From contig CAWJJC010000022.1 in assembly GCA_963843145.1 (NCBI GenBank), positions 288,001 through 352,000 of the forward strand: DNA of 64,000 nucleotides. Direction: 5' to 3'. This DNA comes from an uncultured delta proteobacterium (lineage in GTDB: Bacteria; Desulfobacterota; RBG-13-43-22). The number at the start of each line of letters is the position of its first letter. Positions within the stretch are counted from its first letter, which is position 1. The notes below the pieces were generated by a model that did no database searches, was not told where the DNA came from, and saw only the letters and a list, made by a program, of their open reading frames with translations. A program made the translations under genes and the position numbers. Positions 45,544 through 56,075 of this stretch are shown here, piece by piece.

Positions 45544-48354
45544 ATGGAATACAAACCCACTTTGAATCTGCCCCAAACGGATTTTCCCATGAAGGCCAAC
45601 TTGGCCCAGAGGGAACCGGAATGGTTGCGCCACTGGGAGCAGAACCGGTTATATGAGCGGATTCGAGAGAACTCGGCGGGGCGTCCAAAATTCATTTTGC
45701 ACGACGGTCCCCCCTATGCCAACGGCCATATCCACATGGGGACGGCCTTCAACAAGATACTAAAGGATATAATTATCAAGTCCAAGCAAATGTCGGGTTT
45801 CGATGCTCCTTATGTCCCCGGCTGGGACTGTCACGGTCTGCCCATCGAACACCAAGTGGATAAAGAATTGGGCGTCCAAAGACGAACCCTCTCCCAACTG
45901 GAGGTCCGGCAACGGTGTCGGGCCTACGCCGAAAATTTTATCGAGATCCAAAAACAGGAGTTTAAACGGTTGGGTGTTTTAGGGGAATGGGAGAATCCCT
46001 ATCTAACCATGAATTTCGCCTATGAGGCGGTGATTATTAGGGAATTCGGGCGCTTTGCCCTCCAGGGGGATGTGGTTAAGAGCAAGAAACCCATCTACTG
46101 GTGCACTTCCTGTAAGACGGCCCTGGCCGAAGCCGAAGTGGAATACGAGCCGCACATCTCTCCTTCGATTTTCGTCAAGTTCCCGGTGATGGATGATTTA
46201 AGCCTTCAGTACCCGGCGTTAAAGGATAAAAATGTTTCGGTTTTAATCTGGACCACCACCCCCTGGACCATCCCGGCCAACCTGGCCCTGGCCTTCCATC
46301 CGGAGTACACTTACGTGGCGGTTGAGGTGGGGGAAGAAGTGTTTATTGTGGCCAAAGGGCTGCTGGAAAAGGTCGGTCCTCGGGTCGGCTGGACATTTCC
46401 CACTATCCTGGCCGAATTGGACCCCTGCTTTCTGGAGGGTAAGAAATGCCGTCATCCTCTGTATGACCGTGAATCGGTTATTATCTTGGCCCCTTACGTC
46501 ACCCTGGAAGACGGCACCGGAGTGGTCCATACGGCCCCGGGCCACGGGCAGGAGGATTACGAGAGCGGACTGCGCTACAATCTGGAAATTTATTCCCCGG
46601 TGGATGACGCCGGGCGGTTTACCCCGGAAGTGGGCTTTTTTGCCGGAGAATTCGTCTTCGAGGCCAACGACACCATCAAAAAGAAACTGCGAGCGGTGGA
46701 GGCCCTGAAGGGGGAAGAGTCCATCGAGCATAGTTACCCCCATTGCTGGCGCTGCAAACGGCCGGTGATCTTTCGGGCCACGGAGCAATGGTTTATTTCC
46801 ATGGAGAAAAACGGGCTTCGTCAAAAGGCCCTGGAGGAGATCGAACGGGTCATCTGGACTCCCGCCTGGGGAAAGGACCGAATCTACGGAATGATGGTCT
46901 CACGTCCCGACTGGTGCCTGTCCCGGCAGCGATCCTGGGGGGTCCCCATCCCGGCCTTTTATTGCCTGGAGTGCGGCCGGTGGCTGGTAACCCAGGAAAT
47001 CTTATCCCATCTGGAGGAGCTGGTTTCTCTGCAGGGATCCGATATTTGGTTTTCCCTCCCGGAGGAAGCTTTGCTCCCGGAAGGGACGTCTTGCCCCCAT
47101 TGCCGGGGGCAGGCCTTCCGGAAAGAGACCGATATCCTGGATGTCTGGTTTGATTCCGGGGTGAGTCACGCCGGCGTGCTGGAAGCCCGGTCCTATCTGC
47201 GGTCTCCCGCCGACCTTTACCTGGAGGGAAGCGATCAGCATCGGGGCTGGTTTCACAGTTCTTTGCTGACCTCCGTCGGGACCCGGGGGAAGGCGCCTTA
47301 TCAGGGCGTCCTGACCCATGGGTTCGTGGTAGACGGCCAGGGCAAAAAGATGTCCAAGTCGTTGGGAAATGTTATCTTTCCCGAGGAAGTGATTAAAAAA
47401 TATGGCGCCGAGATTCTGCGCCTTTGGGTTTCGGCCGAGGATTACCGTGACGATATCCGCATTTCGCCCCAGATCCTTAAACAACTTACCGAGGCCTATC
47501 GCCGGATTCGCAATACCTGCCGCTTCCTGCTGGGCAACCTCTCCGACTTCAATTTCCAAAGGGATCACCTGCCTGCCCCGGAACTGGAGGAACTGGATCG
47601 CTGGGCGCTCCACCAACTCCAGAAGGTCATTGCCCGGGTTCGGCGAGCCTTTGAGCGCTATGATTTTCATGTGGTCTATCATACCCTTTATCAATTCTGT
47701 ACCAATGAATTGAGCGCCTTCTATTTGGATATTCTTAAAGACCGACTGTATACCAGCGCCCCTCAAGCCCGGCCCCGACGCTCGGCCCAGACGGCCCTCT
47801 GGCAGTTGCTCCAGGGATTGGTCCGGCTAATGGCTCCCGTCCTCTCCTTTACCGCCGAGGAGATTTGGGCCCAACTTCCGGAACAGGAAAGGGAAGCGGA
47901 AAGCGTCCATCTGGCCCAATTTCCGGAGGTCGACCCTTTTCTACTGGATGACGCCCTGGAGCGGCGCTGGGAAAACCTGCTACTGTTGCGGAGCGAGGTA
48001 ACCCGGGCCCTGGAAAGGGCTCGCCGGGCTCAGGTGATCGGCCATCCTCTGGATGCGGAGGTGCGCCTGCTCCTCCCGGAGTCCTGGAAGACGCTGATTC
48101 CAGCCTACCGGGAAATGTTGCCCAGCCTGTTAATCGTCTCCCAGGTCACTGTGGTCAACCAACCGGAAACCGGAGAAGGCTACACCGGGGAGACCATTCC
48201 GGGGTTGACCGTCTGGGTGGCTAAAGCCCAGGGAGAAAAATGCGAGCGCTGCTGGAATTTCAGTTCGGAAGTGGGGAGCTTCCCAGACCATCCTACCCTC
48301 TGCCGGAGGTGTTTCCAGGCCCTGGAGGAAATTGGCCGTTCCCATGATCGCTAA
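45544..48354 (+). CDS. ileS: isoleucine--tRNA ligase
   Basis: [39 protein letters not shown]-terminal CERCW...CRRC. ATG 45544 after GGAGG; TTGACA promoter at 45448. Confidence 0.98.
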   Translation: MEYKPTLNLPQTDFPMKANLAQREPEWLRHWEQNRLYERIRENSAGRPKFILHDGPPYANGHIHMGTAFNKILKDIIIKSKQMSGFDAPYVPGWDCHGLPIEHQVDKELGVQRRTLSQLEVRQRCRAYAENFIEIQKQEFKRLGVLGEWENPYLTMNFAYEAVIIREFGRFALQGDVVKSKKPIYWCTSCKTALAEAEVEYEPHISPSIFVKFPVMDDLSLQYPALKDKNVSVLIWTTTPWTIPANLALAFHPEYTYVAVEVGEEVFIVAKGLLEKVGPRVGWTFPTILAELDPCFLEGKKCRHPLYDRESVIILAPYVTLEDGTGVVHTAPGHGQEDYESGLRYNLEIYSPVDDAGRFTPEVGFFAGEFVFEANDTIKKKLRAVEALKGEESIEHSYPHCWRCKRPVIFRATEQWFISMEKNGLRQKALEEIERVIWTPAWGKDRIYGMMVSRPDWCLSRQRSWGVPIPAFYCLECGRWLVTQEILSHLEELVSLQGSDIWFSLPEEALLPEGTSCPHCRGQAFRKETDILDVWFDSGVSHAGVLEARSYLRSPADLYLEGSDQHRGWFHSSLLTSVGTRGKAPYQGVLTHGFVVDGQGKKMSKSLGNVIFPEEVIKKYGAEILRLWVSAEDYRDDIRISPQILKQLTEAYRRIRNTCRFLLGNLSDFNFQRDHLPAPELEELDRWALHQLQKVIARVRRAFERYDFHVVYHTLYQFCTNELSAFYLDILKDRLYTSAPQARPRRSAQTALWQLLQGLVRLMAPVLSFTAEEIWAQLPEQEREAESVHLAQFPEVDPFLLDDALERRWENLLLLRSEVTRALERARRAQVIGHPLDAEVRLLLPESWKTLIPAYREMLPSLLIVSQVTVVNQPETGEGYTGETIPGLTVWVAKAQGEKCERCWNFSSEVGSFPDHPTLCRRCFQALEEIGRSHDR

Positions 48355-48820
48355 ACGGCTCATTCCTTTTGGACTATCTTTCGCCGGGGTGGTGATTCTG
48401 GATATCCTCAGCAAACAGGCGATCCTCAATCATTTGCCTCTCCACTATTATCGAGAAGTGATCCCCGGTTTTTTTAACCTGGTCCATATCCGCAATCGCG
48501 GGATGGCCTTCGGGATTTTCAATACGGCAGCGGGGTCCTGGAAAGACCTGGTACTGGTTTTTTTCCCTTTAATCGCCGTAGCCGGGATCTTATGGATCCT
48601 GTTTCGTTATCCGAAAGTGACCCTCGGTATGTCGTTGGCCTTGGGGGCTATTTTAGGCGGCGCCCTGGGAAATCTTTTGGACCGTCTGCGTTTTCAGGAG
48701 GTGGTGGATTTCTTGGATTTCTACTGGAGGGGGGGGCATTGGCCGGCCTTTAATGTGGCCGATTCGGCCATCACGTTGGGGGTTGGCTTTTTAGTATACC
48801 ATTTCTGGAGGGAAGGCTGA
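48344..48820 (+). CDS. lspA: lipoprotein signal peptidase II
   Basis: [34 protein letters not shown]. Confidence 0.96.
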   Translation: MIAKRLIPFGLSFAGVVILDILSKQAILNHLPLHYYREVIPGFFNLVHIRNRGMAFGIFNTAAGSWKDLVLVFFPLIAVAGILWILFRYPKVTLGMSLALGAILGGALGNLLDRLRFQEVVDFLDFYWRGGHWPAFNVADSAITLGVGFLVYHFWREG

Positions 48821-48822
48821 TC

Positions 48823-49590
48823 GTGTTCCCGACCCTTTTCCACTGGGGGGGATTTTCTCTGCACGCCTATGGGCTTTTTATCGCCGTGGGCTTTTTACTC
48901 GGCATCGGCCTGGCCCTCAAGGAAGCCCGCCGGCAAGGCCTTCCCGGAGAACGTATCCTGGATCTTTCCCTGGTCATCATTATTTCGGCCATTATCGGAT
49001 CCCGGCTGTTATATACGATTATCCATTATCCCCAGTATCTTAAGGCTCCTCTCTCGATTTTCAAGATCTGGGAAGGGGGACTGGTCTTCTTTGGGGGATT
49101 GATTTTAGCCTTTATAGCTGGCGGCTGGTATATTAAAAAAGTCGGTCTGCCTTTTTGGAAAACCGCGGACCTGTTGGCCCCCTCCCTCGCCTTAGGACAG
49201 GTCTTTGGACGCCTGGGCTGTCTGGCGGCCGGGTGCTGTTACGGCCGTCCCACCGATGTCCCCTGGGCCATCACCTTCTCTGATCCAGAAAGTCTGGCCC
49301 CCACCGGCATCGCCCTTCATCCCACCCAACTGTATGAATCCGGAGCGGCGCTGGTCCTGTTTCTTCTTTTGATCCTGTTGCGCAGAAAAGAGTTTTTTGT
49401 CGGGCAGCTCATTGTGGTCTATTTGTTTTTTTCCGGTTGGGCCCGCTGGGCGATTGAATTTTTCCGGGGGGACTACCGCGGGAATCTATTGGGCGGCGGC
49501 TGGAGCGATACCCAATACCTCAGCGGATTGATCATCCTTTTTTCTTTGTTTTTGGGCTTGTATTTGTTGAAAGAAAAAGGAAAACCCTAA
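48823..49590 (+). CDS. lgt: prolipoprotein diacylglyceryl transferase
   Basis: IGSRL, WEGGLVFFGG, GRLGC, HPTQLYE, R..IEFFR. Confidence 0.95.
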   Translation: MFPTLFHWGGFSLHAYGLFIAVGFLLGIGLALKEARRQGLPGERILDLSLVIIISAIIGSRLLYTIIHYPQYLKAPLSIFKIWEGGLVFFGGLILAFIAGGWYIKKVGLPFWKTADLLAPSLALGQVFGRLGCLAAGCCYGRPTDVPWAITFSDPESLAPTGIALHPTQLYESGAALVLFLLLILLRRKEFFVGQLIVVYLFFSGWARWAIEFFRGDYRGNLLGGGWSDTQYLSGLIILFSLFLGLYLLKEKGKP

Positions 49591-49717
49591 AAAAAAACTT
49601 GCCAATTTCTATTGGTTATATTAGACCACAATTTTGATCGGTCAGAAGGGGGGGGTCCATTCTCCCATTCTTTTTTCGTCCTTATATATTTTCAGCAGGA
49701 CATGAAAGGGGATTATT

Positions 49718-50149
49718 TTGGTTATCTTGGAGGAACTAAGATACAGTAGAGACCATTCTTGGGCCCGCCTGGACGACGACAACCGGATCACCATCGGGAT
49801 CACCGATTACCTCCAGGAGGAATTGGGAGAACTCAACGGAATCGATCTTCCCGAAGAGGGGGATGAGGTCGTTAAAGACGAGCCTTTCGGATCAATCGAA
49901 GCCCAGTTGTCGGTGAACGATCTCTTTTCCCCCCTCACCGGGGAAATCGTGGAAGTCAATGCCGAACTTTTGGACGCTCCGGAAATCATCAACGAAGATC
50001 CCTACCAGGATGGTTGGATTATTCGGGTGGATATTCCCTCCACTACCGAATTCTTTGAACTCCTGACCGCCGAAGAATATGAGGAATACATTAAAGAAAT
50101 TCGAGGCGTTGAGGAAGAAGAGGAGGATGAGGAGGAGGAAGAAGAGTAA
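49718..50149 (+). CDS. glycine-cleavage H-like protein lacking the lipoyl-lysine, with poly-Glu tail
   Basis: YSRDHSW, IGITDY, FGSIEAQLSV (ESVK replaced by EAQL), SPLTGEIVEVN, NEDPYQDGW. Confidence 0.88.
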   Translation: MVILEELRYSRDHSWARLDDDNRITIGITDYLQEELGELNGIDLPEEGDEVVKDEPFGSIEAQLSVNDLFSPLTGEIVEVNAELLDAPEIINEDPYQDGWIIRVDIPSTTEFFELLTAEEYEEYIKEIRGVEEEEEDEEEEEE

Positions 50150-50158
50150 GGAAATCCC

Positions 50159-50974
50159 TTGTTCGAACATTCGGCCATTCTTCAAATAGCGGACCTCCTC
50201 CGAAAGTCGCATTTGACCGTGGCCTTGACCGGCGCCGGAATATCCGTGGAGAGCGGAATTCCCGCTTTCAGGGGAAGTCAGGGGTTATGGGATCGGTATG
50301 ATCCCTTAGAATATGCCCATATTGATGCCTTTCTAGCCGATCCCGGTAAGGTCTGGCGGATGCTGGCCGAATTGGGGGGTATGGTGGACCAGGCCCGGCC
50401 AAATCCGGCGCATTTAGCCCTGGCTCGGTTGGAAGATTGGGGCCTTTTAAAGGCCGTCATTACCCAGAATATTGACGCCCTGCATCAAAGGGCCGGGAAC
50501 CGGGAGGTCATCGAATTTCACGGCAATGGGCAGAGTCTGCGCTGCCTGCAATGCGGAAAGGTTTTCACCAAAGGCGCAATTTCCTTGTCCGTCCTGCCCC
50601 CGCGTTGTACCTGTGGGGGGATATTGAAACCGGAGGTGGTTTTTTTCGGCGAACCCATTCCGGGACAGGCCAACCAGCGGGCCTTTGAACTCGCCCGAAC
50701 CTGTGAGGTGATGCTGGTGATCGGAACCTCCGCACTGGTGGCCCCGGCCAGCTTTCTCCCGCAAACAGCCAAACAGAATGGAGCCGTGCTGATTGAGATT
50801 AACCTGGAACGAACCCACCTTTCGGATACCATTTCAGACCATGTCCTGGAGGCCCCGGCCAGCCAGGTCTTGTCGGCCGTGATCGAACAGCTTGCCCTTA
50901 GCCCGGGCGGACCAGGAGAGAACAAAAACTTTGGGGATGGGCTTGGAGGCGTTACTGATCGGCCGATCAGATAA
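50159..50974 (+). CDS. NAD-dependent protein deacylase, Sir2/sirtuin family
   Basis: TGAGISVESGIPAFRG, ITQNIDALH, EFHG, CLQC...CTCGG, KPEVVFFGE, GTSALV.P. Confidence 0.94.
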   Translation: MFEHSAILQIADLLRKSHLTVALTGAGISVESGIPAFRGSQGLWDRYDPLEYAHIDAFLADPGKVWRMLAELGGMVDQARPNPAHLALARLEDWGLLKAVITQNIDALHQRAGNREVIEFHGNGQSLRCLQCGKVFTKGAISLSVLPPRCTCGGILKPEVVFFGEPIPGQANQRAFELARTCEVMLVIGTSALVAPASFLPQTAKQNGAVLIEINLERTHLSDTISDHVLEAPASQVLSAVIEQLALSPGGPGENKNFGDGLGGVTDRPIR

Positions 50975-51088
50975 TAAAATTTAACCAGAAGCTATGGGTC
51001 GGGGTCTTTATTTAATTAAGTAATGGTCTAGGCCCTTAACCCTAGCCAAAAAAATGTAAGAATCAAATAACCGAATCAGGATCCCTCA

Positions 51089-51823
51089 TTGAACTTTATT
51101 CAGCAAAATGAAATTTTATCCATGGTCGCCCATGCCGGAGCGATGGTCAAGTTCGTCTTGCTCCTGTTGTTGGCCTTTTCCGTGATTTCGTGGACCATTA
51201 TTTTTATGAAGTACCGAATCGTTCATCGGGCCCGCAAGGAAACCAACCTGTTTCAGGAGATCTTTTGGCAGAGCAAAAGCCTGGCTAAGGCTTATGCCGA
51301 ATCAAAGGAACTGCACTATAGTCCGGTGGCGGAGGTCTTTCGGGTAGGGTACTTGGAACTCGGCCGACTTCACAAAATGCAGCAGGAAAGCGATAACGCC
51401 GGAAAGGGGGAAGGGTCGGATATCCTGACGGCTAATTTGGTTCATTTTGAAAGCATTCCCCGGGCGTTAAGGGCGGCCATGAATTCTCAGGTGACCCGCC
51501 TCGGTTATGCCCTGACCTTTTTAGCCACCACCGGGAATACCGCCCCGTTTATCGGTCTGTTTGGAACGGTCTGGGGAATCATGAATTCCTTTCACAGCAT
51601 CGGTTTGCGGGGGGGGGCCAATTTGGCCGTGGTGGCCCCGGGGATCTCGGAGGCCCTGATCGCTACGGCCACTGGTTTAGCGGCGGCCATTCCCTCGGTA
51701 ATTTTCTACAATTATTTTTCCAATCAGGTTCGCCTGCTGGAGTCCGAAATGGCCAGTTTTTCATCGGATTTCTTAAACATGCTGGAAAGGGATATGTTGC
51801 GGCGAACGGGAGGCAAACGGTAA
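51089..51823 (+). CDS. tolQ: Tol-Pal system protein TolQ
   Basis: FLATTGNTAPFIGLFGTVWGI, VAPGISEALIATA. Confidence 0.96.
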   Translation: MNFIQQNEILSMVAHAGAMVKFVLLLLLAFSVISWTIIFMKYRIVHRARKETNLFQEIFWQSKSLAKAYAESKELHYSPVAEVFRVGYLELGRLHKMQQESDNAGKGEGSDILTANLVHFESIPRALRAAMNSQVTRLGYALTFLATTGNTAPFIGLFGTVWGIMNSFHSIGLRGGANLAVVAPGISEALIATATGLAAAIPSVIFYNYFSNQVRLLESEMASFSSDFLNMLERDMLRRTGGKR

Positions 51824-51828
51824 TCAGC

Positions 51829-52242
51829 ATGCAAGGCGGAGGCGGCGACCGCCGCTTGATGTCGGAAATCAATGTCACCCCTTTGGTGGACGTGATGCTG
51901 GTGCTGCTGATTATCTTTATGGTGGCCGCTCCGATGATGATGCAGGGATTGGATATCCAGTTGCCCCAAACCCAGGCCAAGCCTATCCCCTCCCGGGAGG
52001 AACGGTTGGTTATTACTTTAAGCAAAAAACAGGAGATTTTTATCAATCAATACCGGGTCAGCCGGGAAGAATTACAAGAGAGGTTGAAAGCCCTTTATCA
52101 GGCGAACAAGGAAAGCGAGGTCTTCCTGCGGGCCGATAAGTCCCTGTCTTACGGTCTGGTGGTTCAGGTCATGGCCGATATCAAAAATGCCGGAATTGAA
52201 CGCCTGGGAATGGTGACAGAAAGTCCTCCGGAAAAGAAATGA
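51829..52242 (+). CDS. tolR: Tol-Pal system protein TolR
   Basis: EINVTPLVDVMLVLLIIFMV, LRAD. Confidence 0.96.
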   Translation: MQGGGGDRRLMSEINVTPLVDVMLVLLIIFMVAAPMMMQGLDIQLPQTQAKPIPSREERLVITLSKKQEIFINQYRVSREELQERLKALYQANKESEVFLRADKSLSYGLVVQVMADIKNAGIERLGMVTESPPEKK

Positions 52243-53183
52243 TCCTTCAGGCGGTTCCTGATTGGAAAAAACCGGACATGGAGAAGAACTGGGGCTGGAT
52301 GCTGGTTTTTTCTCTGGGGTTGCACCTGTTATTAGTGGTTTTCTTTTTTCAATGGATCCCGCGGGGCCAGATAGTCGACCCGCTGGAGGCGGCATATACG
52401 GTCAACTTGATCTCCCCGGGTGAAGGACCCGGTGGCGGACCGGAAGCCCCCCGGGCTGCGGATCCGGCACCGCTCCCCGCCCCGGCCAAACCCGTATCCC
52501 CTAAACCTAAGGAAATCCCCTCACCCCGGGCCGCTGATCCGGTACCGCTCCCCGCCCCGGCCAAACCCGTTTCCCTTAAACCTAAGGAAATTCCCCTACC
52601 CAAAGCGGTGGAGAAGCCCCCGCCCCCCCGAGTCGATGACTCCCAGTCTCTGGATAAGGCCCTGGAAAAGATCAAGAAAAAACTTGACCAGGAAAAAAGT
52701 TTAGAAAGGTCTTTCCATCAACTGGAAAATAAGGTAAAAAATCAAGAGGCCTTGGGGCAGGCCTTGGCCCGTCTGGAGCGAAAACAGGCTAAGGCCGAAA
52801 AAACCGGGGGGAGTCCTGCGGTTCGAGGGGGGGGTGGAAATGGAATCATTGCCTCCACCGGTCAGCCGGGTTCGGGTGGGGTAGGGATGCAATTCCAGAT
52901 TTATCATGCCGCCCTGCGCAGCCGGATCAAAAAAAACTGGTTTCTTCCGGAAGGTTTGCTGAAAAAAACGGACATTTCTGCTGACATCCTGGTGCGCATA
53001 GCCCAGAATGGGAGGATCGAAGAAACCCGATTTGAGCGCAAATCGGGCAACGAAACCTTTGATCAGGAGGTCGTCCGGACCCTGAAGAAAAGTGAACCCT
53101 TGCCTCCTCTCCCGGAAGGGTATCCCCGAAGCAGTTATGAAGTGGTTTTGACTTTTCATTCCTTGGATTTAAGCAGTCACTAG
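52239..53183 (+). CDS. tolA: TolA/TonB-family energy transducer
   Basis: SLGLH TM anchor, Pro-rich linker, C-terminal SGNETFD domain; lies between tolR and tolB. Confidence 0.85.
   Translation: MILQAVPDWKKPDMEKNWGWMLVFSLGLHLLLVVFFFQWIPRGQIVDPLEAAYTVNLISPGEGPGGGPEAPRAADPAPLPAPAKPVSPKPKEIPSPRAADPVPLPAPAKPVSLKPKEIPLPKAVEKPPPPRVDDSQSLDKALEKIKKKLDQEKSLERSFHQLENKVKNQEALGQALARLERKQAKAEKTGGSPAVRGGGGNGIIASTGQPGSGGVGMQFQIYHAALRSRIKKNWFLPEGLLKKTDISADILVRIAQNGRIEETRFERKSGNETFDQEVVRTLKKSEPLPPLPEGYPRSSYEVVLTFHSLDLSSH
52449..52598 (+). repeat. 75-bp tandem duplication (2 copies) in the tolA linker
   Basis: PRAADPAPLPAPAKPVSPKPKEIPS / PRAADPVPLPAPAKPVSLKPKEIPL. Confidence 0.9.
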
Positions 53184-53205
53184 AAATCGACCACCGAGAT
53201 TGCCG

Positions 53206-54531
53206 ATGAAGAAGAAATTTACCAATAAAAACAGATTGCTGGTCCTGTTGATTTTTTTCTGGGCCGGAATCCTGATCGTGGGGAGTCCCTCTTCCCTTTT
53301 CAGTCGGGCTACGATCGATATCGATTCTCCGACGGCGAAAAGAATCGCCATTGTTGTTCCCGATCTAGTTAACCTGGGAACGGGGGAACCCGCCTTAGGC
53401 GGAATTCTACCTCAGTTATTGGTCAGGGACTTGGAATATACCGGCTTTTTCCGAGGGGTGGACCCCAAGGCCTTTCTGGGAAAAGAGGACGGAAAAAATC
53501 CGGATTTCCAGGCCTGGGGTCTAACCGGGGCCGACCTATTGGTCAAAGGGAATTATCAGGCGACCGGTTCCGGGTTCCAGGCGGATTTTCGCCTTTATGA
53601 TGTTCAACAGGGGCGACAGCTCCTGGGGAAACAGTATTCGGGTGGGGCCAAGGATTATAAAAAGATGGTCCACCGTTTTGCCGATGAGATCCTTTACCTC
53701 CTGACCGGTGAATACGGGTTTTTTCAGACCCAGATCGCCTTTGTCTCCACCACTTCGGGAAAAAAAGAGATCTATCTGGCCGACTTTGACGGCTCCAACT
53801 TCAATCGACTGACACATCACAATTCCATTTCCCTGTCTCCCCGCTGGTCCCCCACGGGCCGGGAGATCGCTTACACCTCCTACAAAGACGGCAACCCTTC
53901 CCTGTATCTGCTGCAACTGCCCGGTGGACAGTCCCTGCGGATTTCCAATCGCCCGGGATTGAATATCTCCCCGGCCTGGTTTCCCGGGGGTGATTCGTTA
54001 GCCGTGGCCCTCAGCCAATCGGGAGGGAATTCGGAAATATATCAGATCAGTCGGACCGGGAACATCCTGCAGCGTCTGACCTACGGAGCGGCCATCGACG
54101 TTTCCCCGGCCTGGTCTCCTGACGGCAAACAAATGGCCTTCGTCTCCAACCGATCCGGCAACCCGCAGATTTATGTCATGCAGGTAGCCACCAAGGAAAC
54201 CCGTCGGGTAACCTTTCAGGGAAATTACAACGTCAATCCGGTCTGGTCACCGAAAGGGGATCGGATTGCTTACGCCTCTATGGCCGGGAATCATTTTGAT
54301 ATCTATACTCTGGTCCTGAGAAATGGGGAAACCCAGCGCCTGACCTATGGGGGGAACAACGAGTCTCCGGATTTCTCCCCGGACGGTCGGATGATCATCT
54401 TCAGTTCATCCCGTCAGGGCAAATCGGCTCTTTATGTCATGAACCTTAACGGGGCCAACCAAAGAAGAATTACCTTTTTAAACGGAGAACAATTCAGCCC
54501 CTCTTGGGGACCCAGAAAATCTGAAAATTAA
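53206..54531 (+). CDS. tolB: Tol-Pal beta-propeller protein TolB
   Basis: HRFADEI, repeated SP.WSPDG PD40 motifs. Confidence 0.96.
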   Translation: MKKKFTNKNRLLVLLIFFWAGILIVGSPSSLFSRATIDIDSPTAKRIAIVVPDLVNLGTGEPALGGILPQLLVRDLEYTGFFRGVDPKAFLGKEDGKNPDFQAWGLTGADLLVKGNYQATGSGFQADFRLYDVQQGRQLLGKQYSGGAKDYKKMVHRFADEILYLLTGEYGFFQTQIAFVSTTSGKKEIYLADFDGSNFNRLTHHNSISLSPRWSPTGREIAYTSYKDGNPSLYLLQLPGGQSLRISNRPGLNISPAWFPGGDSLAVALSQSGGNSEIYQISRTGNILQRLTYGAAIDVSPAWSPDGKQMAFVSNRSGNPQIYVMQVATKETRRVTFQGNYNVNPVWSPKGDRIAYASMAGNHFDIYTLVLRNGETQRLTYGGNNESPDFSPDGRMIIFSSSRQGKSALYVMNLNGANQRRITFLNGEQFSPSWGPRKSEN

Positions 54532-54550
54532 AATAGGAAAAGGAGGAAGC

Positions 54551-55141
54551 GTGGTGAAAACAAAACATACGGGGTTAGGATGGTTGCTGGTGCTTTTGAT
54601 CCTCTCCAGTTTTTTCCTGCTGGCCTGCAGCAAAAAGGCGATCAAGTCCGAGGGGCTGACGGCTACCCCGGGGAGCGAACAGGTGAAAGAGGATGATGCC
54701 GAGAAGGCCAAGAAACATGCTCGGATCCGGGAACAGGAATTGACCGAGCAGCAGCTTCGGGAAAAGGCGTTGGCAGAAGAAGAGGCCCGCCGCCGGGCCA
54801 TGGCCGGCGAATTCGAAAATGAGGATGTATACTTCGAGTTTGATCAATTCGTCCTCTCTGATTCCGCCAAGGCGGTTTTAAACAAAAAGGCCAAGTGGCT
54901 GAAAGACCACCCGAATGGCAAGGCCCTGATCGAAGGCCACTGCGACGAAAGAGGGAGCACGGAGTATAACCTGGCCCTGGGGCAAAAACGGGCCGAGGCT
55001 GCCATGCAATTTATTCTGGCCCTGGGCATCAACCCCAGTCGCGTCTCGACCATCAGTTATGGAAAAGAAAAGCCGGCGGATCCGGGGCATGATGATGCCG
55101 CCTGGGCCAAGAACCGCCGGGCCCATTTTGTCTTAAAATAA
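54551..55141 (+). CDS. pal: peptidoglycan-associated lipoprotein
   Basis: Lipobox LLAC, YFEFD, EGHCDERGSTEYNLALG, SYGKEKP, KNRR. Confidence 0.97.
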   Translation: MVKTKHTGLGWLLVLLILSSFFLLACSKKAIKSEGLTATPGSEQVKEDDAEKAKKHARIREQELTEQQLREKALAEEEARRRAMAGEFENEDVYFEFDQFVLSDSAKAVLNKKAKWLKDHPNGKALIEGHCDERGSTEYNLALGQKRAEAAMQFILALGINPSRVSTISYGKEKPADPGHDDAAWAKNRRAHFVLK

Positions 55142-55177
55142 GCACTGAATTCCAGTATCCAAATCAGGAGTTTTACT

Positions 55178-56050
55178 ATGAGAACCGCTTGGTATGCCTT
55201 AGCTGGCCTCTGGGTGCTTACTTTTATGGGAGGGTGTGCGGCCCGGGATGATATGGTAGTTTTGGAAAACCGACTGTATAACCAGCAGCGGCAGATTGAA
55301 CAGTTCAAAGAGGAAATCGGACTGTATAAAAATCAATTGAACGCCCGGGCCGAGCAGATCCAAAAAAAGATGGAAAACGTCCAACAGCCGCTGTTGGAAA
55401 ACCAGGCCAATTCCTTGAGTGAGATCGAGAAAGTCAAAAGTCGCCTGCAGGCCTTCCAGGGCCGTCTGGAGGCGCTGGAGTATGTACAGAAGAAAGAGCC
55501 CAATGCCCGGGAGGCCCTGGACTCCCTGACCAAGGACCTGAAGGACGTCCAGTTACGTCTCCAGCGGCTGGAACAATCGGCCGCTTCGACCGCCGCGGCG
55601 GCCTCCGAAGCGGCTAAAACGGAAAAGAGTAAAGAGAGCCCCAAGGAACCGCAGGAGGAGAAGGCCAAGGTCAAGCCTGATTCCCCGGAGGATCTGCTCG
55701 GAGACGCCCGGGAGGCTTATAAAGAGAAAAATTTTGAAGAGGCCAAGAAAAAATTCGATGAATACCTGAAACAGTCCCCCAAAGGGAAAAACCGGGAAGA
55801 AGCCTTTTTCAAAATAGCTGAAAGTCTTTATGAGTTAAAGGCCTATGAGGAATCGATCCTGGCTTATCAAAAGCTAATTAAGACCAATTCCAAAGGCCAT
55901 CTGATTCCGGCCGCCTTATTCAAGCAGGCCCTGGCCTTTATTCAGCTCAAGGATCACGGCAGCGCCAAATTACTTCTTGAAAAAATTGTAAAGGAATACC
56001 CTAAATCCGAGCAGGCGCCCCTGGCCAAGAAAAAGCTCAAAACATTATAA
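55178..56050 (+). CDS. cpoB: cell division coordinator CpoB (YbgF)
   Basis: Lipoprotein-like signal, coiled coil, C-terminal TPR; follows pal. Confidence 0.88.
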   Translation: MRTAWYALAGLWVLTFMGGCAARDDMVVLENRLYNQQRQIEQFKEEIGLYKNQLNARAEQIQKKMENVQQPLLENQANSLSEIEKVKSRLQAFQGRLEALEYVQKKEPNAREALDSLTKDLKDVQLRLQRLEQSAASTAAAASEAAKTEKSKESPKEPQEEKAKVKPDSPEDLLGDAREAYKEKNFEEAKKKFDEYLKQSPKGKNREEAFFKIAESLYELKAYEESILAYQKLIKTNSKGHLIPAALFKQALAFIQLKDHGSAKLLLEKIVKEYPKSEQAPLAKKKLKTL

Positions 56051-56075
56051 CCTTAGAGCGTCGGAGTCTTCGGCT

